DNA of 49,276 nt from the NCBI GenBank assembly GCA_044349205.1, contig JBIKRJ010000001.1:1-49276 (forward strand). The letters are read 5' to 3'. Position 1 is the first letter of the stretch. Every line of letters begins with the position of its first letter. This DNA comes from Cytophagales bacterium (GTDB lineage Bacteria; Bacteroidota; Bacteroidia; Cytophagales; UBA9547). Shown piece after piece: positions 45,779 to 49,276 of the stretch. The notes below the pieces were generated by a model. The model searched no databases. It was not told the origin of the DNA and saw only the letters and a list, made by a program, of their open reading frames with translations. The translations under genes were made by a program, and so were the position numbers.

Positions 45779-46702
45779 ATGTCCAATTCACCAGTTCTTT
45801 TTATTATTTTCAATAGACCTGCACTTACATCCGAGGTTTTCAAAAGCATAAAGCTTGCAAAACCTCATAAGCTTTATTTGGCTGCAGATGGTCCCAGAGA
45901 AGATAGGCCAAATGAGAAAAATCTGTGTTTACAGGCTCGTCAAAATGTACTAGATAACATAGATTGGGAATGTGACATAAAAGTACTTTTGCGCGACTCT
46001 AACCTTGGATGCCGAAAAGCTGTATCAGAGGCAATAACTTGGTTTTTCGAACATGAAGAGCAGGGAATTATACTCGAAGATGATACACTCCCTACCCAAT
46101 CTTTTTTCGCATTCTGCGACAAAATGCTGAATCATTTCAAAGATGACTATAGGGTAATGTCGGTATGTGGATTCAATTACGCCGGAAAATATAAAACAGA
46201 GCAAACTTACTTTTTCTCCCGTTTTGGAGGCATTTGGGGTTGGGCCACATGGAGGAGAGCTTGGAAATTTTATCACAATTCACTGTCATTATGGCCCGAT
46301 ATTAAAAAGGAAGGCTCATTAAGGCAATACATAAGAAACCCACATGCTTACCAAAGAAGGGAGTCAATTTTTGATCATGAGTACAGGGGAGGTGTTGATA
46401 CATGGGATTATCAATGGACTTTTACTAAACTTATCCAAAACGGTCTTAACGTCAATCCTAATCATAATCTCATAAAAAATTTAGGTTTTGGAGAGGATGC
46501 AACCCATACTAAATCTAAAAATGAATCAATAGAAAAGATGAGTACCTATGATATGGATTTAGGTGAAATAATACACCCTTCCACTATGATACCTGATATT
46601 ATATACGAAGAAACATTTTTTTTAAACCATAAACCATCTAAAATACCCCTTAGAACCCACTTGAAACTCTTGATGAACAAATACCTATCTGGAAGAAAAT
46701 GA
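45779..46702 (+). CDS. GT-A (GNT-I-like) glycosyltransferase, paralogous to the N-terminal domain of the 42127 gene
   Basis: The ATG at 45779 gives MSNSPVLFIIFNRPALT. The blocks LYLAADGPRED, IILEDDTLP and IWGWATWRRAW align block for block with the 42127 product. Confidence 0.6.
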   Translation: MSNSPVLFIIFNRPALTSEVFKSIKLAKPHKLYLAADGPREDRPNEKNLCLQARQNVLDNIDWECDIKVLLRDSNLGCRKAVSEAITWFFEHEEQGIILEDDTLPTQSFFAFCDKMLNHFKDDYRVMSVCGFNYAGKYKTEQTYFFSRFGGIWGWATWRRAWKFYHNSLSLWPDIKKEGSLRQYIRNPHAYQRRESIFDHEYRGGVDTWDYQWTFTKLIQNGLNVNPNHNLIKNLGFGEDATHTKSKNESIEKMSTYDMDLGEIIHPSTMIPDIIYEETFFLNHKPSKIPLRTHLKLLMNKYLSGRK

Positions 46703-48642
46703 AACTAATTTCTATCTTATTCAAGATTGTTTTTTTGGGAATAAAAAATATTTTTTCAGGCTCGGAAGAATATGAAGTATGCGTAAACTTCAAAAGTGCC
46801 GATAGTGATTTATTTAATTCTTTAATTGGTTCAAGCGTTAATATAGATAGTCGATTAAGAAGAAGTATAAAAAATGTACACTTATCTGAAATTACATTCA
46901 CACAGCCAAACCAGACTATAGAGGTCAAGAAGATTTTCGAATTATTTCCTAATTTAAAAAAGGTCTTTATTCAAATCAATGATTTTCTAAAAAAAGGTCT
47001 TTTTGAGTCGATACACACTATAAAATCTATTTCAAACCAAGAGTTAGTTCTACAGTATTATTTTGAGTTACCACTATTAACGAATACCATTGATTCATCT
47101 TTTGTCAGTAATATAAAAAGACTCACACAAGACTATAATTTTGAATTTTGTGTTGATGTTAACCAAAATAACTTCAAATATTTGGAAGCAAGTTTGCATG
47201 AATTTGCCAAAATCGATTTGAACGTAAAATTTTACATTTCCCATGATTTTTTATCAAACAAAGATGTTAAAGAAGACACTAAGTATGTAATTTCTATTTT
47301 TTACAACAAGCTTCTTTTCCTATATGAAAAGGATGAAGCTACAAGAAAAATGTATATAAGATACATCAACACTCTTACACCGCATAAAATATCTAAAAAT
47401 TACCGTGTACAAGCTTTTGATGTTATTGGGGATATAGTACGAGGAGTAAGATTAATTCCTTTAGCCAAAACAGAAGACTCATTTGGTGAAGTTCTAGCTA
47501 GATATTCTGATGCGCTTTGGTATAAAGTTTTGGTTGTAAAAAATGAAAGTTACCTCAGACTGTTCTCAAAAGTGCTGTCCTTTCTCAAAAGTAAACCAAA
47601 TTCTACTCAGATTATGATAGTAGGTTGGTACGGAACTGAGACAGTAGGTGATAAGGCCATTCTGGCTGGAATTATTAGTAAATACAAAGAATTATACCCA
47701 AATTCTAGCTTTGTGGTAGCAAGCGTTTATCCTTTCGTTACAATCAAAACGATGAGGGAACTTGAAACAGAAGCACTTGTTGTGAATGCACGTAACTTCC
47801 AGTTTTTAGATAAGCTTGTCACTTCAAACATTGTCATAATGGGTGGTGGGCCTCTAATGGATTTACCTTTACTTCCAATACCACTTTTAGCTTTTTCAAT
47901 TGGTAAAAGTCTCGGGAAAAAGACTATTGTTGAGGGTTGCGGAATAGGCCCTCTTCTTAATAACAGATATAGAGAAATGGTTAAAAAAATTCTAAAGGAT
48001 TCTTCAGAAATTTATCTCAGAGACTCTAAATCGACCGAAATAGCAAATGGCTGGGCTCCAGAAAAGCAGCCATCTACTATTGGAGATCCTTCGGTCACAT
48101 TTCTGAATACTCTAAAAAGACATTATTCTAAAAATGAAAAGCGAAAAGTGATTGCATGCTATTTAAGAGAATGGACATCTGAATACAATACTGGTTTAGA
48201 TAATGAGGAGTTTTATAAAAGAAGGAAGATGTTGGAGTCTTCTGTTGCCAAGTATCTTATTTATCTCGCTACTAAATACAACGTAGGTTTGGAATTTTAT
48301 TCCATGCACAATTTTGTTGTAGGAAACGACGATCGTGATTTCTATAGAAGATTCATGGATGAATACTTTTCCGAAAGTGAAATTCCAATCTATTTGGAAG
48401 AAGAGTTGTCTACAGTGCAAACAATTGTAAATTCAATGGTTAATACCCAATATTCCGTTTGTATGAGGTTCCATTCAGTTGTATTCGCAAGTACCTTGGG
48501 GTGTGATTTCAAAGCTATCGATTACACATCGGGTGGAAAAATAAAAGGATATTTATCTGACCATAATGAACAATCTAGACTTATTTCTATTCAAGAACTG
48601 ATAGATTTTGATGAAAGTAACGCAGATAAATACAATTTCTGA
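46699..48642 (+). CDS. Polysaccharide pyruvyl transferase domain protein with an unknown ~300-aa N-terminal domain
   Basis: 647 aa with an ATGA overlap with the previous gene. Residues ~305-640 carry IMIVGWYGTETVGDKAILAGII, IVIMGGGPLMD and MRFHSVVFAS, which is a CsaB/WcaK-type pattern. I recognise no motif in residues 1-300. Confidence 0.75.
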   Translation: MKLISILFKIVFLGIKNIFSGSEEYEVCVNFKSADSDLFNSLIGSSVNIDSRLRRSIKNVHLSEITFTQPNQTIEVKKIFELFPNLKKVFIQINDFLKKGLFESIHTIKSISNQELVLQYYFELPLLTNTIDSSFVSNIKRLTQDYNFEFCVDVNQNNFKYLEASLHEFAKIDLNVKFYISHDFLSNKDVKEDTKYVISIFYNKLLFLYEKDEATRKMYIRYINTLTPHKISKNYRVQAFDVIGDIVRGVRLIPLAKTEDSFGEVLARYSDALWYKVLVVKNESYLRLFSKVLSFLKSKPNSTQIMIVGWYGTETVGDKAILAGIISKYKELYPNSSFVVASVYPFVTIKTMRELETEALVVNARNFQFLDKLVTSNIVIMGGGPLMDLPLLPIPLLAFSIGKSLGKKTIVEGCGIGPLLNNRYREMVKKILKDSSEIYLRDSKSTEIANGWAPEKQPSTIGDPSVTFLNTLKRHYSKNEKRKVIACYLREWTSEYNTGLDNEEFYKRRKMLESSVAKYLIYLATKYNVGLEFYSMHNFVVGNDDRDFYRRFMDEYFSESEIPIYLEEELSTVQTIVNSMVNTQYSVCMRFHSVVFASTLGCDFKAIDYTSGGKIKGYLSDHNEQSRLISIQELIDFDESNADKYNF

Positions 48643-49276
48643 AGGAGGTTCGGGCATTGCATGCAAGAGAATACATGAGGGTTTGTTGAAATGTGGTGTT
48701 GATTCCCATTTTTTGACCTTAAAAACTTTACTTTCCAATCGAAATAATAGTCTATACAATCGTTTAAAGTATTACCTCGCTGAAAGAAAGTACATAAAGA
48801 CAAATTTTAAATATTTACAAGGAAAAGTAGCAGGGTATGATATTTTTACATTACCCATTAGTCCCCACAAATATTTAGCTGATTTTGTGCACGTTATTGA
48901 TACCGATGTGATTCATTTTCATTGGATGAGTCATCTTTTGGACTACAATTCATTTTTTCAAAAAGTAAAAAGACCTATAGTTTGGACCTTGCATGACATG
49001 AATCCATTTACAGGAGGTTGTCATTATTCTTCTGGGTGCATTGGGTTTGAAAAATATTGTAGCCTTTGTCCACAACTAAGCGGAACTATTAATGACAATC
49101 ATGCTGACGAAATGTTACAATTAAAAGAACGATCATTTTCGAACATTTCAGATAAACAAATGATTGTTGTAACCCCGTCACGTTGGTTGATGGAATTGTC
49201 AAAAAAAAGTAGATTGTTTTCCCGTTTTGAGCATGTTACAATTCACAATGGCTTAAATACCAATGTTTTTAAGGTA
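48611..49276 (+). CDS. Glycosyltransferase family 4 (partial; continues past the window end)
   Basis: A frame stays open from the ATG at 48611 to the window end and is not in the track. The translation is MKVTQINTISEGGSGIACKRIHEGLLKCGVDSHFL...HFHWMSH...WTLHDMNPFTGGCHYS..C..CP. It overlaps the previous gene by 32 nt. Confidence 0.75.
   Translation, partial: MKVTQINTISEGGSGIACKRIHEGLLKCGVDSHFLTLKTLLSNRNNSLYNRLKYYLAERKYIKTNFKYLQGKVAGYDIFTLPISPHKYLADFVHVIDTDVIHFHWMSHLLDYNSFFQKVKRPIVWTLHDMNPFTGGCHYSSGCIGFEKYCSLCPQLSGTINDNHADEMLQLKERSFSNISDKQMIVVTPSRWLMELSKKSRLFSRFEHVTIHNGLNTNVFKV

Noticed and set aside
1-49276. CRISPR arrays, IS elements, prophage or known defence systems
   Set aside because: I saw no regularly spaced direct repeats and no transposase, integrase or terminal inverted repeats. 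I saw no Cas, restriction-modification, reverse-transcriptase, cyclase or STAND-type ORFs in any frame of the track. This was a visual scan only, so short or degenerate repeats could have been missed.

Overview
This window looks like a chromosomal segment from a Bacteroidota genome. The evidence is several TTG-N19-20-TAnnTTTG promoter motifs, a T9SS type-B (CHU_C-like) sorting domain, DUF1573/DUF4296/DUF3467/TIGR02757 families, and a Rho with a large N-terminal insertion. I support about 48 protein genes, one tRNA-His and three clear intrinsic terminators. I saw no integrase, transposase, IS end, CRISPR array or recognisable defence system. About 1-35.7 kb is mostly housekeeping: hemF, an Omp85-family protein, a SpoU methyltransferase, ferredoxin, a LuxC-like reductase, 3-hydroxyanthranilate dioxygenase, priA, trhO, a capD-like gene, fabD, rfbC, a Met/Cys PLP enzyme, msrA, rluD, rho and ribH. 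Three parts deserve a closer look. (1) From 35.7 kb to the window end there is a tightly packed, visibly lower-GC, co-directional glycan cluster. It has Wzm, a Wzt with a C-terminal extension, 8-9 glycosyltransferases from several families, a GT/hexapeptide-acetyltransferase fusion, a GT with a charged helical tail, and a pyruvyl transferase fused to an unknown ~300-aa domain. It has no Wzx/Wzy. (2) A co-directional array at 20.5-25.0 kb runs ECF sigma, crtI, crtB, an unknown protein, a stand-alone Hpt and a TIGR02757 protein that carries an HhH-glycosylase-like motif. Two related AT-rich palindromes lie just upstream of it. (3) An output-less CHASE2 membrane protein sits next to a secreted FecR-like/TPR protein. 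All calls come from reading the translations and motifs by eye. No database search was run, and motif coordinates may be off by 1-2 nt.
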